Part shown: positions 18,754 to 29,569 of the stretch, in pieces
How positions within the stretch are numbered: the stretch's first letter is position 1
Layout of the letters: each line of letters opens with the position of its first letter
Source: Candidatus Parcubacteria bacterium
GTDB lineage: Bacteria; Patescibacteriota; Patescibacteriia; Magasanikbacterales; UBA922
Direction: 5' to 3'
Length of the DNA: 54,348 nucleotides
Assembly: GCA_018646705.1 (NCBI GenBank)
Contig: JABGUG010000011.1
Coordinates: forward strand, 1-54,348
Position numbers and translations under genes: made by a program
The notes under the pieces: generated by a model
Told to the model about the DNA's origin: nothing
The model's input: only the letters and a program-made list of their open reading frames with translations
Databases searched by the model: none

Positions 18754-19218
18754 GAAAATGGAAACTATAAATTTGAAATTAGGGGTTTTGTTTACGGGAG
18801 TATTGAGATTTTATTAGTCCATTTGTTTTAATATGTATGTCTTTTTTTATATTTTTTAAATTATTTTGTTCTTCTTTTGTGATAATATCTCGTTCGAGTA
18901 ACAATTCAACCCAGTGGTTTGCTTCAAGTAGAGAGGCTCTTGAATTATAATAAAATTTTATTTTATCTAAATAATGATATCGCCCATACCCTTCGGCCAG
19001 GTTTGCCCCAACTGAATCAGCAGATCTAATAAATTGATCACCTATGACTTTTTTAGTTTGCCAATTCATCTTTATGTAGACTTCCCAACTTCTCTTACTA
19101 TATTCTCGTGTTAATTTATATGCTTCTAAATCCTCTAGTTTGAAATATTCTTTCGCCATAAGGGTCAAGTTATTTATTAACTCACACCCCAATTTCTAAT
19201 TTCAATTTTCAAATTTCC
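18754..19218 (-). mobile_element. Four-helix-bundle cassette bounded by inverted GAAATTA-type heptamer arrays
   Basis: Arms 18754-18785 and 19187-19218 are reverse complements enclosing a single small gene. Confidence 0.6.
18779..19159 (-). CDS. Four helix bundle protein (TIGR02436 / 23S rRNA IVP / bAvd-like)
   Basis: LEDLEAYKL, DQFIRSADSVGANLAEGYGR, FYYNSRASLLE. Confidence 0.92.
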   Translation of the reverse strand: MAKEYFKLEDLEAYKLTREYSKRSWEVYIKMNWQTKKVIGDQFIRSADSVGANLAEGYGRYHYLDKIKFYYNSRASLLEANHWVELLLERDIITKEEQNNLKNIKKDIHIKTNGLIKSQYSRKQNP

Positions 19219-19223
19219 GTTGT

Positions 19224-20144
19224 TTACAACCACTTCTTCTTTTTCATTATAAAAATCACAAGCAATATAAATACGGTTAATCCGCCAAATAATGCCCATA
19301 CAAATTTTGGATCCTGAGCATAGGGGAGCTCTATGATATTCATACCGTATATTCCAGAAAGTAATGTAAGCGGGAGCAAGGCAGCAGACATTACAGTAAG
19401 TGCCCCAATTACCTTATTTGTTTTTTGGTTAATCAGAGATTCAACCGTAAGATGTAATCCCTCAATTGTTTCTTTGTATGAATCAGCAATTACCCAGAGT
19501 TTGTCTAGATAATCTTTTACATCATCAAAGTAAATACTCATACTTTCATCCATGAATGTTTTTCTTGTATGTGAAAGTGTTGATACGAGGTATCTTTGTG
19601 GATCTAGAATTCTACGGAAACTCAAAACATTTCGTCTGTGTAGCGCTAGCTGTCTGATCGCGTGCAAATCTTGTTCTCCTGCAAAAATTTCATTTTCAAT
19701 TCCAGAAATTTGTTTACCAATATTACTAAGCGTTGGTCGGGTTTGTCCATATAGAGATTCAAGTAATTTGTATAGTAAATATCCAGAACTTTTATTCATC
19801 CAATCCGCTTTTATTTTTCTATTGTTCATACAACGATAAAAGAAATTCTTTATTTCTTTGTTCTTGCCATGTTGAATAGTTATCACGTAGTTGTCTCCCA
19901 CAAACATATCTACCTCGTGAGGTACAATTTTTTTACTAGAAGATTTCCACTGAGGAAAGTGGAGTACTAAAAAGAGATATGTTTTATAAGCATCTAGCTT
20001 TGGGTTTTGGCTCTCACTTTGGATATCTTCAAGATCGAGGTGGTGAAACTTAAAATTCTTTTTTAAGTAATCAATTGATTCCTCGTTGACCTTGCTAATA
20101 TTTACCCAGGTGAGATCTCCCTGTTTGATTTCTTTGACAGACAT
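19224..20144 (-). CDS. corA: CorA family Mg2+/Co2+ transporter
   Basis: FHHLDLED, PLTLLSGIYGMN signature, two C-terminal TMs. Confidence 0.92.
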   Translation of the reverse strand: MSVKEIKQGDLTWVNISKVNEESIDYLKKNFKFHHLDLEDIQSESQNPKLDAYKTYLFLVLHFPQWKSSSKKIVPHEVDMFVGDNYVITIQHGKNKEIKNFFYRCMNNRKIKADWMNKSSGYLLYKLLESLYGQTRPTLSNIGKQISGIENEIFAGEQDLHAIRQLALHRRNVLSFRRILDPQRYLVSTLSHTRKTFMDESMSIYFDDVKDYLDKLWVIADSYKETIEGLHLTVESLINQKTNKVIGALTVMSAALLPLTLLSGIYGMNIIELPYAQDPKFVWALFGGLTVFILLVIFIMKKKKWL

Positions 20145-20155
20145 AAAATATAGAT

Positions 20156-20224
20156 TAGTAACTAGTAACTAGTAACTAGTAACTAGTTTTTACTTTCTAG
20201 TTACTAATTATTGATTACCAGTTA
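20156..20224. repeat. Inverted heptamer array (TAGTAAC)x4 with degenerate GTTACTA arm, empty
   Basis: Four exact TAGTAAC units at 20156-20183; CTAGTTA CTAATTA TTGATTA CCAGTTA at 20197-20224. Confidence 0.8.
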
Positions 20225-20893
20225 TTATTCAATTGGTATATTTACTTTGAAAGAAACATAGTCATTTTTTGTTGTGCTTGGATCATCCATCGTATATAGA
20301 ACTCCATCTATGTTTTCTTTTGTAAAAGTGAATTGTATAATATTTTTGTTTTTGCTATATGTACTAATTTCAAAATCATTTTTTCCAAGTTCTGTTTCAT
20401 AATATTCGAGAATAAAATCTTGGTCTGCAGACAAGTCAAGCCATTCTATTTCAAATGCATCTCTTTGGTCAGTAATTGGGTTTGTCATGAATGCAATAAA
20501 TTTTTCCCAATTTGTCATGCCTCTGGTTGTGACTGTTTGTGGAATATATTTGAATTCCTTATCAAGATATACTACAAATGGAGACAAGATAAGCTTTGGT
20601 AGGTAAGCTGCCAATTCTACACGTTTGCTGCGTTCTTTGCCGGATGTCTGTGTGATGCGTTCAACATTGCTTTCATCATATACAGGGATAACACTAGTGA
20701 ATTCCTCTGGCAAATCCTTGATTTCTTTTGTGCGTGGACCTATGGCAAATCGCAACAATAATAGAGATATAACAAACAAAACGGCAAAGCAACCGCATCC
20801 AGTGACACAGGTTCTTTTGACGCATGACCTTTTCTTGTTGAGCTCCTCGATTGGGGGCTCTTTTATTACTATTTTATCTATTTCTTGACGCAT
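20225..20893 (-). CDS. Hypothetical membrane-anchored protein
   Basis: Cys-rich CVTGCGC followed by a TM segment; 222 aa. Confidence 0.75.
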   Translation of the reverse strand: MRQEIDKIVIKEPPIEELNKKRSCVKRTCVTGCGCFAVLFVISLLLLRFAIGPRTKEIKDLPEEFTSVIPVYDESNVERITQTSGKERSKRVELAAYLPKLILSPFVVYLDKEFKYIPQTVTTRGMTNWEKFIAFMTNPITDQRDAFEIEWLDLSADQDFILEYYETELGKNDFEISTYSKNKNIIQFTFTKENIDGVLYTMDDPSTTKNDYVSFKVNIPIE

Positions 20894-20977
20894 ATTTTAT
20901 AAGGATATAATAGCAGAAATAGAGTTATTTGTACAGGTATTAGCTTGGTTTCACCAGGTATCTATGATAAGATAAAA

Positions 20978-21064
20978 GAAATTGGGAAATAGAAAATAGA
21001 AATTAGGTTTTTTAAGAAATATATTAATATAATCCCTAATTTCTATTTTCCAATTTCTAATTTT
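20978..21064. repeat. Inverted GAAATTA-type heptamer array, empty
   Basis: GAAATTGGGAAATAGAAAATAGAAATTAGG / CCTAATTTCTATTTTCCAATTTCTAATTTT; same family as the arms at 18754 and 19187. Confidence 0.8.
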
Positions 21065-21072
21065 ATTTTTTT

Positions 21073-22428
21073 ATGCATATACAATTTTGTGGAGCAGACA
21101 GAGAGGTTACAGGATCTTGTCATCTATTTGATACAGGAAAAAAGAAGATTCTTGTTGATTGTGGAATGTTTCAAGGGTCTAGTTTTAGTGAGAAAAAAAA
21201 TCATGATGATTTTCCATTTGATGCAAAGGAAGTCGATGTGCTCTTGGTGACACATGCGCATCTTGATCATGTGGGTAGAATACCAAAGCTTATCAAAGAT
21301 GGTTTTCAGGGTAAAATCTATATGACGAAGGGTACATGTGAGTTGGCACCTCTTATTTGGAAAGATGCTTATTACATCATGGAGTATAATAATCGTAAGT
21401 TTGGAAATCCTATTTTGTTTAGTGAGCAGGATGTTGCTGTTGCAGAATCATATTGTAAAGGAATTGATTATAATGAAAATGTTGATTTGGGGGAAGATAT
21501 TATCGCGGTTTTTAAGGAAGCAGGTCATATTTTTGGTGCAGCATTTATTGAGGTTGCTGCAGATGGAAAAAAGATTTGTTTTTCAGGAGATATTGGCAAT
21601 GAAGACGTGCCAATTCTCAAAGATACTCAAAACATGAGCGATGATGTAGATATACTTTTATGTGAATCGACTTATGGAAATCGCGTGCATGAAAGTGTTG
21701 ATGTACGTAGGGATATTATTTTGAATCTTATAAAAGAAGGGGCAAAAAAAGGTGGAACTATTATGGTACCTGCTTTTTCATTGGAAAGAACTCAAGAATT
21801 TTTGTATGAGTTAAATAAATTGAGTGAATATGATGAGACACTTCCAAATATTCCTATTTTTCTTGATAGTCCCTTGGCAATAAAAGCAACAAAGGTATAT
21901 AAAAAATATCCAGAATATTATGATGTGGAGGCTGCAAAGTTGCATGGAGCAGGGGATGATTTTCTAGATTTTCCACAACTTCAGTTGACCTACTCTAAGA
22001 GAGAATCACAAAAAATAAATCATATACCAGGACCAAAAATGGTGATCGCAGGTGCCGGAATGATGAATGGTGGTAGAATTTTACATCATGCAATTAGATA
22101 TTTATCTGATTCTAATTCCACACTTATAATTGTAGGTTATCAGGCAAATGGTACTCTTGGTCGTAAATTATATGAAGGATCAAAGCATGTGAAGGTAATG
22201 AGAGACGAAATAGATGTTCATTGTACTGTAAAGGCAATAGGTGCTTTGTCTGCTCATGGGGATCAAAAAAAATTACTTAAGTGGGTTGGTACTGGGAAGA
22301 AAAATCTAAAGGAAGTATATTGTATACATGGTGAACCTGTCGCAGCGACTGAATTGGCACATAGGATCAAAGATCAATATAAGGTAGATACATTTGTTCC
22401 AGGATATAAAGAGATTGTGGAAATATGA
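21073..22428 (+). CDS. MBL-fold beta-CASP ribonuclease
   Basis: GADREVTGSC, THAHLDHVG, AGHIFG, FSGDIG, ESTYG, SAHGD, IHGE. Confidence 0.92.
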   Translation: MHIQFCGADREVTGSCHLFDTGKKKILVDCGMFQGSSFSEKKNHDDFPFDAKEVDVLLVTHAHLDHVGRIPKLIKDGFQGKIYMTKGTCELAPLIWKDAYYIMEYNNRKFGNPILFSEQDVAVAESYCKGIDYNENVDLGEDIIAVFKEAGHIFGAAFIEVAADGKKICFSGDIGNEDVPILKDTQNMSDDVDILLCESTYGNRVHESVDVRRDIILNLIKEGAKKGGTIMVPAFSLERTQEFLYELNKLSEYDETLPNIPIFLDSPLAIKATKVYKKYPEYYDVEAAKLHGAGDDFLDFPQLQLTYSKRESQKINHIPGPKMVIAGAGMMNGGRILHHAIRYLSDSNSTLIIVGYQANGTLGRKLYEGSKHVKVMRDEIDVHCTVKAIGALSAHGDQKKLLKWVGTGKKNLKEVYCIHGEPVAATELAHRIKDQYKVDTFVPGYKEIVEI

Positions 22429-23213
22429 GGTTGGAAATTAGAAATTTGAAATTAGAAATTGGGATAATGCTTTTTGCTTTATTATTTTTTGTACCTGTCA
22501 TTGTTTGTGCAGAAGCTCTGGATACTGATGGAGATGGGCTTAGTGATGAGGATGAGCAAATGTATTATACAGATATTAATAATCCAGATACTGATGGAGA
22601 TGGGTACCCTGATGGGTTAGAAGTAAAAAATGGTTATTCACCACACAAAGGTCCTGGTGTGCAGATGCATCAAAATGATTATGATGGTGATGGACTCGGT
22701 GATTGGCTGGAAATATGGTTTAAGTCAGATATTGGAAAAATTGATACAGATGGAGATGGGCACAATGATTTTGATGAAGTCATGCGTGGGTTTAGTCCAT
22801 CAGAAAAAGATGGAGAAAAAAAGTTTAGACGTTGGATTGAAGTGGATCGCTCAAGACAAAGACTTTATTATTTTGTAAACAAAATTAAACTTTTGAATTT
22901 GGCTGTTTCAACGGGCAATCCATGGACAGAAACCCCAAAAGGGGATTTTGAAATCACAAAAATGATTCCGGAAAAAAGTTATGTTGGTGCTGATTATAAT
23001 TTGAAAGGTGTAAAGTGGAATATGTTATTTAATACGGGTGGTTATTATATTCACGGTACATATTGGCACAATGATTTTGGCATTCGAACACATTCCCATG
23101 GTTGTGTAAATCTCTCAACACAAGACGCTGGTCTTTTATATAAATATATGGATATTGGCGTGCCTATACGTATATATGGCGATACTCCGAAGAATAGGGC
23201 GGTGGAAAGTTAA
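22425..23213 (+). CDS. L,D-transpeptidase (YkuD) with Ca-binding DxDGDG repeats
   Basis: DTDGDG repeats; YYIHGTYWHN...SHGCVNL catalytic motif. True start may be a few codons downstream. Confidence 0.88.
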   Translation: MRLEIRNLKLEIGIMLFALLFFVPVIVCAEALDTDGDGLSDEDEQMYYTDINNPDTDGDGYPDGLEVKNGYSPHKGPGVQMHQNDYDGDGLGDWLEIWFKSDIGKIDTDGDGHNDFDEVMRGFSPSEKDGEKKFRRWIEVDRSRQRLYYFVNKIKLLNLAVSTGNPWTETPKGDFEITKMIPEKSYVGADYNLKGVKWNMLFNTGGYYIHGTYWHNDFGIRTHSHGCVNLSTQDAGLLYKYMDIGVPIRIYGDTPKNRAVES

Positions 23214-23337
23214 AAATAAAGATTAAGGAGTAGAAATTAACGAATAAGAAACTCACATGTGTGAGTTTTTTAATTTTCATCAACACTTGATTTTGAGAAT
23301 ATAGCATGTTATATTCTTATTGTCTTTTAGCCAAATT

Positions 23338-25389
23338 ATGCCAAAATTCAAATTGAAATCAAAATTTAAACCAGCAGGTTCTCAACCAGGCGCTATCAAG
23401 GGTCTAATTTCTGGTTTAGATGGCGGTATGGATAATCAAACTCTTCTTGGTGTAACTGGGTCTGGAAAGACATTTACTATTGCCAATGTGATTGAGAAAG
23501 TTCAGATGCCAACACTTGTGATTGCTCACAATAAAACTCTGGCAGCACAACTTTGTAATGAATTTCGTGAATTTTTCCCTGACAATGCGGTAGAATATTT
23601 TGTATCATATTATGATTATTATCAGCCAGAGGCATACATGCCAGGTAGTGATACATATATAGAAAAGGAGGCTCAGATAAATGAAGAAATTGATAGACTT
23701 CGTCATGCCTGTACACAAGCATTGCTTTCACGAAAAGATGTCATAATTGTTGCATCAGTTTCTGCAATTTACAATTTGGGAAATCCTCTTGATTATGAAA
23801 AAGCCGTAATTCATTTACGACGTGGTGAAAAACTTGATCGTCGTGGCATGATGGAACAATTGGTAAAAATGCAATATGAGCGTACAAATCTAGATCTTAA
23901 ACGGGGGCAATTTCGTATGCGTGGGCAAGTTTTTGAAATTATGCCTGTAAACGAGGAGAGGATTTATCGTTTTGAAGTAGGAAAATATATTAATCTTATA
24001 GAACTTGTAGATCCAGTGACGAGAAAAGTAAAAAATGAAATTGAAGATGCCTGGTTTTTTCCTGCAAAACATTATGTTGTGTCAGAAGATGAAAAAGAAG
24101 AAGCATTTGGTACTATCCAAAAAGAATTGAAAGAACGACTTGAATATTTTAAAAAAGAGGGTAAGGTTCTTGAATATGAACGTTTGAAACGCAAAACTAA
24201 ATATGATCTCGAGATGATAAAAAATATCGGATATTGTAGTGGAATAGAAAATTATTCACGACATTTTGATAAGAGAGAAGAGGGTGAGGCAGCTTTTACA
24301 TTGTTGGATTATTTCAAATGGGGTACAGATGGTGAAGAGCGAGGAAAAGGAAAATTTTTGACGATAATTGATGAATCACATGTGACTCTTCCACAGATTA
24401 GAGGAATGTTCAATGGGGATAGGGCGCGAAAAGATACTCTTATAGAGCATGGATTTAGATTGCCAAGCGCCAGAGACAATAGACCTCTTAAATTTGATGA
24501 GTTTACGGCACGTGTTGGTCAGACGGTTTTTTTGTCAGCTACTCCTGCAGATTATGAATATAATAATAGCGACAAAATAGTAGAACAAATTGTACGACCA
24601 ACTGGTCTCGTGGATCCAGAAATTATTGTACGTCCTGTAACAGAAAGAAAAGGGAAAAATATTTCTCAGGTAGAGGATGTTATAGAAAGGATCAAGAATA
24701 GAATAGAGAAGGGTGAGAGAACTCTTGTCACAACACTTACCAAAAAAATGGCAGAAGATCTGACAGATTATCTCAAAGATCAAAAAATTAAAGTACAATA
24801 TCTACATAGTGGTGTTAGTACTATTGAGAGAATTGAAGTTATTGCAAAATTAAGAAAAGGGGAGACAGATGTAATTGTTGGTGTGAATCTTTTGCGCGAA
24901 GGTCTGGATATTCCAGAAGTTTCTTTTGTGGCAATTCTTGATGCAGACAAAGAAGGTTTTCTTCGCAATGAAACAAGTCTTATTCAGACAATTGGTCGTG
25001 CAGCACGTAATGTAAATGGTCAGGTGGTAATGTACGCTGACACCATAACAAAATCTATTGAAAAGGCTATCAGCGAGACAACACGTCGTCGTGATATTCA
25101 GCTTGCGTATAATAAAAAACATGGCATCACACCAAAGACTATTGAAAAGAGTATTCGAAATATTCTTGAAGAATTTGGTATTTCTGCATCAAAAGCAAAG
25201 ACGAGTAAAGGTGGTAAGCGTCGTGAACAATTGCTTAAGCTTGATTTGTCTGGAGATGGACGTCCAATGGAAGAAATTATAAAAGATAAAGAAACGCAGA
25301 TGAAAGATGCAGCAAAAAAATTAGAGTTTGAACTAGCAGCAATTTTGAGAGACGAATTAAGAGAACTTAAATTACAGAATAAAAAATAA
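23338..25389 (+). CDS. uvrB: Excinuclease ABC subunit B
   Basis: LLGVTGSGKT, FVSYYDYYQPEAY, IIDESHVT, QTIGRAARN, C-terminal UVR domain. Confidence 0.98.
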   Translation: MPKFKLKSKFKPAGSQPGAIKGLISGLDGGMDNQTLLGVTGSGKTFTIANVIEKVQMPTLVIAHNKTLAAQLCNEFREFFPDNAVEYFVSYYDYYQPEAYMPGSDTYIEKEAQINEEIDRLRHACTQALLSRKDVIIVASVSAIYNLGNPLDYEKAVIHLRRGEKLDRRGMMEQLVKMQYERTNLDLKRGQFRMRGQVFEIMPVNEERIYRFEVGKYINLIELVDPVTRKVKNEIEDAWFFPAKHYVVSEDEKEEAFGTIQKELKERLEYFKKEGKVLEYERLKRKTKYDLEMIKNIGYCSGIENYSRHFDKREEGEAAFTLLDYFKWGTDGEERGKGKFLTIIDESHVTLPQIRGMFNGDRARKDTLIEHGFRLPSARDNRPLKFDEFTARVGQTVFLSATPADYEYNNSDKIVEQIVRPTGLVDPEIIVRPVTERKGKNISQVEDVIERIKNRIEKGERTLVTTLTKKMAEDLTDYLKDQKIKVQYLHSGVSTIERIEVIAKLRKGETDVIVGVNLLREGLDIPEVSFVAILDADKEGFLRNETSLIQTIGRAARNVNGQVVMYADTITKSIEKAISETTRRRDIQLAYNKKHGITPKTIEKSIRNILEEFGISASKAKTSKGGKRREQLLKLDLSGDGRPMEEIIKDKETQMKDAAKKLEFELAAILRDELRELKLQNKK

Positions 25390-25390
25390 T

Positions 25391-26044
25391 ATGAAGAAAT
25401 TTTTAAAATTTATTTTTTTAGCATTTTTCCTTTTTGGAATATTTCTTTTTGGTGCTTTGTTTAGGTCTCAAACTTTGTTTACAGAATATACATCTAAAAT
25501 TTACTCTGATATTGTAGATGTTCCGATTTCAGATGTCGCATTAGTTTTTGGAGCAGGGGTTCGCCCTGATGGGAGTTTGACGGATACATTGCGCGATCGT
25601 GTATTGACTTCTATAGAGTTGTACGATGATGGAAAAGTAAAAAAAATACTTATGACAGGTGATAATGGTAGAAAAGAATATGATGAGGTTACTGCTATGA
25701 AGGAGTTTGCTATAGAGTATGGTATTTCTGAAGAAGATATAGTTCTTGATTACGCAGGGTTTCGAACATATGATAGTTGTTATAGGGCTCGTGATATATT
25801 TGGATTAGATAAATATAAGGTTATAGCTGTATCTCAAGAGTTTCATTTATCAAGAATTTTGTATACATGTAATAATTTTGATATAAATGCGTCGGGTTAT
25901 ATTGCAGACAAAAATACGTATGTATACGCACAACTTTGGCAAGGTAGAGAATTTTTGGCACGATTTAAAGCATGGATGGATATAGAGATATTTAGGCTGA
26001 AACCGAAGTTTCTTGGTAAGCAAGAATGTATATTTGAATGTTAA
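25391..26044 (+). CDS. SanA/YdcF (DUF218) family protein
   Basis: ALVFGAGV, LMTGDNG, YDEVTAM, DYAGFRTYDSC, SQEFHLSR, REFLAR. Confidence 0.9.
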   Translation: MKKFLKFIFLAFFLFGIFLFGALFRSQTLFTEYTSKIYSDIVDVPISDVALVFGAGVRPDGSLTDTLRDRVLTSIELYDDGKVKKILMTGDNGRKEYDEVTAMKEFAIEYGISEEDIVLDYAGFRTYDSCYRARDIFGLDKYKVIAVSQEFHLSRILYTCNNFDINASGYIADKNTYVYAQLWQGREFLARFKAWMDIEIFRLKPKFLGKQECIFEC

Positions 26045-26046
26045 AT

Positions 26047-26074
26047 AAAAAACTGCACATAGGTGCAGTTTTTT
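26047..26074. terminator. Bidirectional terminator
   Basis: AAAAAACTGCAC-ATAG-GTGCAGTTTTTT between convergent genes. Confidence 0.85.
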
Positions 26075-26089
26075 CTTGCTTTTTAATCT

Positions 26090-26740
26090 TTATTCCTCAG
26101 TACTTGTTGTAGTATCATCATCCTGATCTATATCATTGGACACATCTTCATCATCTGAAGTAGCATCAGCATCTTCCACTTCAGAATCTGTTGAAGTATC
26201 ATCATCTGGTGTATCTTCTACTTCAGTTTCTGTTTCTACTGTTTCATCTTCTACCTCCACCTCATCTTCTATCGCAGCTTCTTCTACAGCCGGAGACCCA
26301 GGTATTTCAACTTCCACATCATTACTATAGATATCGCATTTTTCACCTACAACTGCACAAACACGAAAGTGAGCTTTTCCAGCTGGTAGACCGGACCATG
26401 ATTTCTCTCTATATGTTTTGCTTCGTTCAAACCACCAAGTGCTTGGATATGTTGGGTTTGCATCTTTTCCATATACAATACGCCAACCTTCTGCTACATC
26501 ATCTAGTGTTTTACTGATTTGCCATTCGAAGTTTACTGTATTTTTCCCTGCTACTTGAGCGCTGAGTTCAATATCTCCGCTACCAAGTACGTCATTTGTT
26601 GTTGCAGTAATTGGGGTCTCAGATACGTCTGTATCTGCTGATTTACTCTGTGTTTCATCTTGCAAGTCAGTATCTGCACAGCCAGCTCCGAGAACGAGCA
26701 TAAGTGCGAGAGATGCAAGAAGTATACTAAATTTTTTCAT
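26090..26740 (-). CDS. Lipoprotein with FN3-like domain and acidic tail
   Basis: LGAGC lipobox; NPTYP...HFRVC...YSNDV domain; D/E/T-rich C-terminus. Confidence 0.8.
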   Translation of the reverse strand: MKKFSILLASLALMLVLGAGCADTDLQDETQSKSADTDVSETPITATTNDVLGSGDIELSAQVAGKNTVNFEWQISKTLDDVAEGWRIVYGKDANPTYPSTWWFERSKTYREKSWSGLPAGKAHFRVCAVVGEKCDIYSNDVEVEIPGSPAVEEAAIEDEVEVEDETVETETEVEDTPDDDTSTDSEVEDADATSDDEDVSNDIDQDDDTTTSTEE

Positions 26741-26916
26741 AGTTTCTCCTTAAGAATAATAACATAATGTAGAATAGCGCATTTTTGCATTTTGAGCAAG
26801 GCTTTTACACAGATTGACAAACCATACCTGAGTGGTATACAATTAGAACGTTCTTTAATTTTATATAACTTATACGCAACCCCTACTCGGGGCTTTTTGG
26901 CGTTTATATCCAAGAT

Positions 26917-29496
26917 ATGCAAGAAAAAATAGTCATACGTGGTGCACGCGAGCACAATTTGAAAAATATCAATCTCGAACTTCCACGAAATAAGATGATC
27001 GTGTTTACCGGACTTTCAGGATCGGGAAAATCGAGTCTTGCTTTTGATACTATATTTGCAGAGGGACAACGTAGATATATTGAGAGTTTGTCAGCATATG
27101 CACGGCAGTTTCTTGGCGGTATGACAAAGCCAGACGTAGATGAGATCGAAGGATTAAGTCCAGCAATTTCAATTGACCAAAAGGCTCACAGTGCTAATCC
27201 ACGTTCAACTGTCGCAACAATTACAGAAGTATATGATTATTTACGTGTTCTTTTTGCACGTACTGGCGAACCATATTGTCCGATTTGTGGGACAAAGATT
27301 GAGAAGATGACGACAGATGAGATTCAGGAGAAAATAGTTGAAAGTTTAAAAGTCCATAAAGTTAAAAAGAATAACGAATTGTTAGTTTTATCACCTATTG
27401 TTCGTGGGCGCAAAGGTGAGTATTACCAAATGTTATATGACATGTATAATTCTGGATATTTGGAAGTGCGTGTAGATGGGAAAATCAGAAGTTTGAAAGA
27501 TAGAATTGTGTTGTCAAAGAATAAAAAGCATACTATCGAAATTATTATTGATAGAATTCCTGCAACGACTCTTAATGATCAGAGATTGGGTGAGGCAATT
27601 GAGTCTGCAGTAGATTTGTCAGATGGCTTGTGTACAGTCATTTATCCAGACACTCAGGAACAAATTTATAGTACAGAATATTCATGCCCAAAAGATGGTT
27701 ACAGTTTTCCAGAAATTGAGCCAAGACTTTTTAGTTTCAATAGTCCTTATGGATATTGTTCGTTTTGTACAGGTCTTGGTACAAGAGAATTGTTTAGTGA
27801 AGAGGACTGTCCTAAATGTGAAGGAAAGCGTCTTAATGATCATGCACTGTCAGTAAAAGTTGGGGGGAAAAATATTTGGGAAATTACTGCCATGACGATT
27901 GGTGAAGCAACAGTATTTTTTAATAATTTGATTGAAAATATAGACCCAAAGAAGCTCGAGATTGCAGGAGCCGCACTTAATGAAATTAACAATAGACTTT
28001 CTTTTCTCAATAATGTTGGATTGCACTATATTACACTCAACAGACGATCTGGAACACTGTCTGGTGGTGAGGCACAACGCATTCGGCTTGCGTCTCAAGT
28101 TGGGCAACAGCTTGTTGGTGCACTTTATGTTCTCGATGAGCCAACTATTGGTTTGCACCAAAAAGATAATGATCAACTTGTTTCTACATTACGTAAACTT
28201 TGTGACAAGGGGAATACTATTATAGTGGTGGAGCATGACGAAGATACAATTCTTATTAGTGATTGGATTGTAGATATTGGTCCTGGTGCAGGTGTGCATG
28301 GTGGTAAGATTGTTTTTTCTGGAGAATTGAACAGTATTCTTGATGGAAAAAAACAAGATACAAAGCAACTTGGGTGTAAAACATTTGGTAATCCAGCAAA
28401 ATCTCTTACAGGAAAATATTTACGTGGTGAAGAAATAATCCCTATTCCACAGAAGCGTCGCAAAGTAGACAGTCATACACCAAAAATAAAAATAAAAGGC
28501 GCTGAAGAGCACAATTTGAAAAAAGTAAATGTTGAAATTCCTTTGCGTAGATTTGTATGTCTCACAGGTGTGTCAGGTTCTGGCAAGTCTACGCTCATGC
28601 ACAAAATTTTGTATCGTGCTGTTGCAAATAGAGTAAATTATCATGGGCGTGTACCAGCTGACAAACGAAAACAAGTTGGTAAACATAGAGAAGTTTTGAA
28701 TACTGAATATATTGATAAAATTATTAAGATTGATCAAAACCCAATTGGTCGCTCACCGCGTAGTAACCCAGCAACATACACAGGAACGTGGGGTCCCATT
28801 CGTGAATTGTTTGCGTCCACTCCAGAAGCACGTATTCGTGGTTATAAAGTTGGTCGTTTTAGTTTCAATCGTCCTATTGGTAGATGTGAAAATTGTGAAG
28901 GTAGAGGAATGCTAGAGATTGAAATGCACTTCTTACCAAGTGTAGAAATCACATGTGATGTGTGTAAAGGAAAAAGATTTAATCAAGAAACTTTGCAAGT
29001 ACATTATAAAAAGAAAAATATTGCTGATGTGCTTGATATGACGATTGAAGAGGCCGAAGAATTTTTTCGTGACATTCCACAGATTTATGACAAATTAAAA
29101 ATGCTTAATAACGTTGGTCTTGATTATCTTACACTAGGACAATCGTCAAAGACTCTATCTGGTGGAGAAGCACAGCGTACAAAATTAAGTAAAGAGCTTG
29201 CAAAAAAGAATACTACCAAAACATTATATTTACTCGATGAACCCACAACGGGTCTTCATTATGATGATGTAAGAAAATTGGTTGGTGTGTTACAAGATCT
29301 TGTTTCAAAAGGAAATACAATTATGGTGATCGAACATAATCTCGAAGTAATCAAACAAGCTGATTGGATTATCGATCTGGGTCCAGAGGGTGGTGACAAA
29401 GGTGGGGAAGTGGTAGCAACTGGAACACCAGAAGAGATTGCTAGAAAATCAACTACTAGCTATACTGGGAAGTATCTGAAGAGGGTTTTAAAATAA
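26917..29496 (+). CDS. uvrA: Excinuclease ABC subunit A (compact)
   Basis: [53 protein letters not shown]. Confidence 0.98.
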   Translation: MQEKIVIRGAREHNLKNINLELPRNKMIVFTGLSGSGKSSLAFDTIFAEGQRRYIESLSAYARQFLGGMTKPDVDEIEGLSPAISIDQKAHSANPRSTVATITEVYDYLRVLFARTGEPYCPICGTKIEKMTTDEIQEKIVESLKVHKVKKNNELLVLSPIVRGRKGEYYQMLYDMYNSGYLEVRVDGKIRSLKDRIVLSKNKKHTIEIIIDRIPATTLNDQRLGEAIESAVDLSDGLCTVIYPDTQEQIYSTEYSCPKDGYSFPEIEPRLFSFNSPYGYCSFCTGLGTRELFSEEDCPKCEGKRLNDHALSVKVGGKNIWEITAMTIGEATVFFNNLIENIDPKKLEIAGAALNEINNRLSFLNNVGLHYITLNRRSGTLSGGEAQRIRLASQVGQQLVGALYVLDEPTIGLHQKDNDQLVSTLRKLCDKGNTIIVVEHDEDTILISDWIVDIGPGAGVHGGKIVFSGELNSILDGKKQDTKQLGCKTFGNPAKSLTGKYLRGEEIIPIPQKRRKVDSHTPKIKIKGAEEHNLKKVNVEIPLRRFVCLTGVSGSGKSTLMHKILYRAVANRVNYHGRVPADKRKQVGKHREVLNTEYIDKIIKIDQNPIGRSPRSNPATYTGTWGPIRELFASTPEARIRGYKVGRFSFNRPIGRCENCEGRGMLEIEMHFLPSVEITCDVCKGKRFNQETLQVHYKKKNIADVLDMTIEEAEEFFRDIPQIYDKLKMLNNVGLDYLTLGQSSKTLSGGEAQRTKLSKELAKKNTTKTLYLLDEPTTGLHYDDVRKLVGVLQDLVSKGNTIMVIEHNLEVIKQADWIIDLGPEGGDKGGEVVATGTPEEIARKSTTSYTGKYLKRVLK

Positions 29497-29506
29497 ATCT
29501 ATACTG

Positions 29507-29535
29507 CTTGTCCGCCGAAGTGCAACGAAGGTGGA
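29507..29535. repeat. Short REP-like palindrome (TCCGCC...GGTGGA)
   Basis: CTTGTCCGCCGAAGTGCAACGAAGGTGGA; related inverted copy at 32341-32370. Confidence 0.6.
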
Positions 29536-29569
29536 GGAAGTATCTTGGTCGTGTATTAAAGAAATAGAT

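Noticed and set aside
22519-22762. Repeated GATACTGATGGAGATGG
   Set aside because: These encode the DxDGDG calcium-binding protein repeats.
26090-26290. Low-complexity TCATC/TCTTC repeats
   Set aside because: Explained by the Asp/Glu/Thr-rich tail of the lipoprotein.
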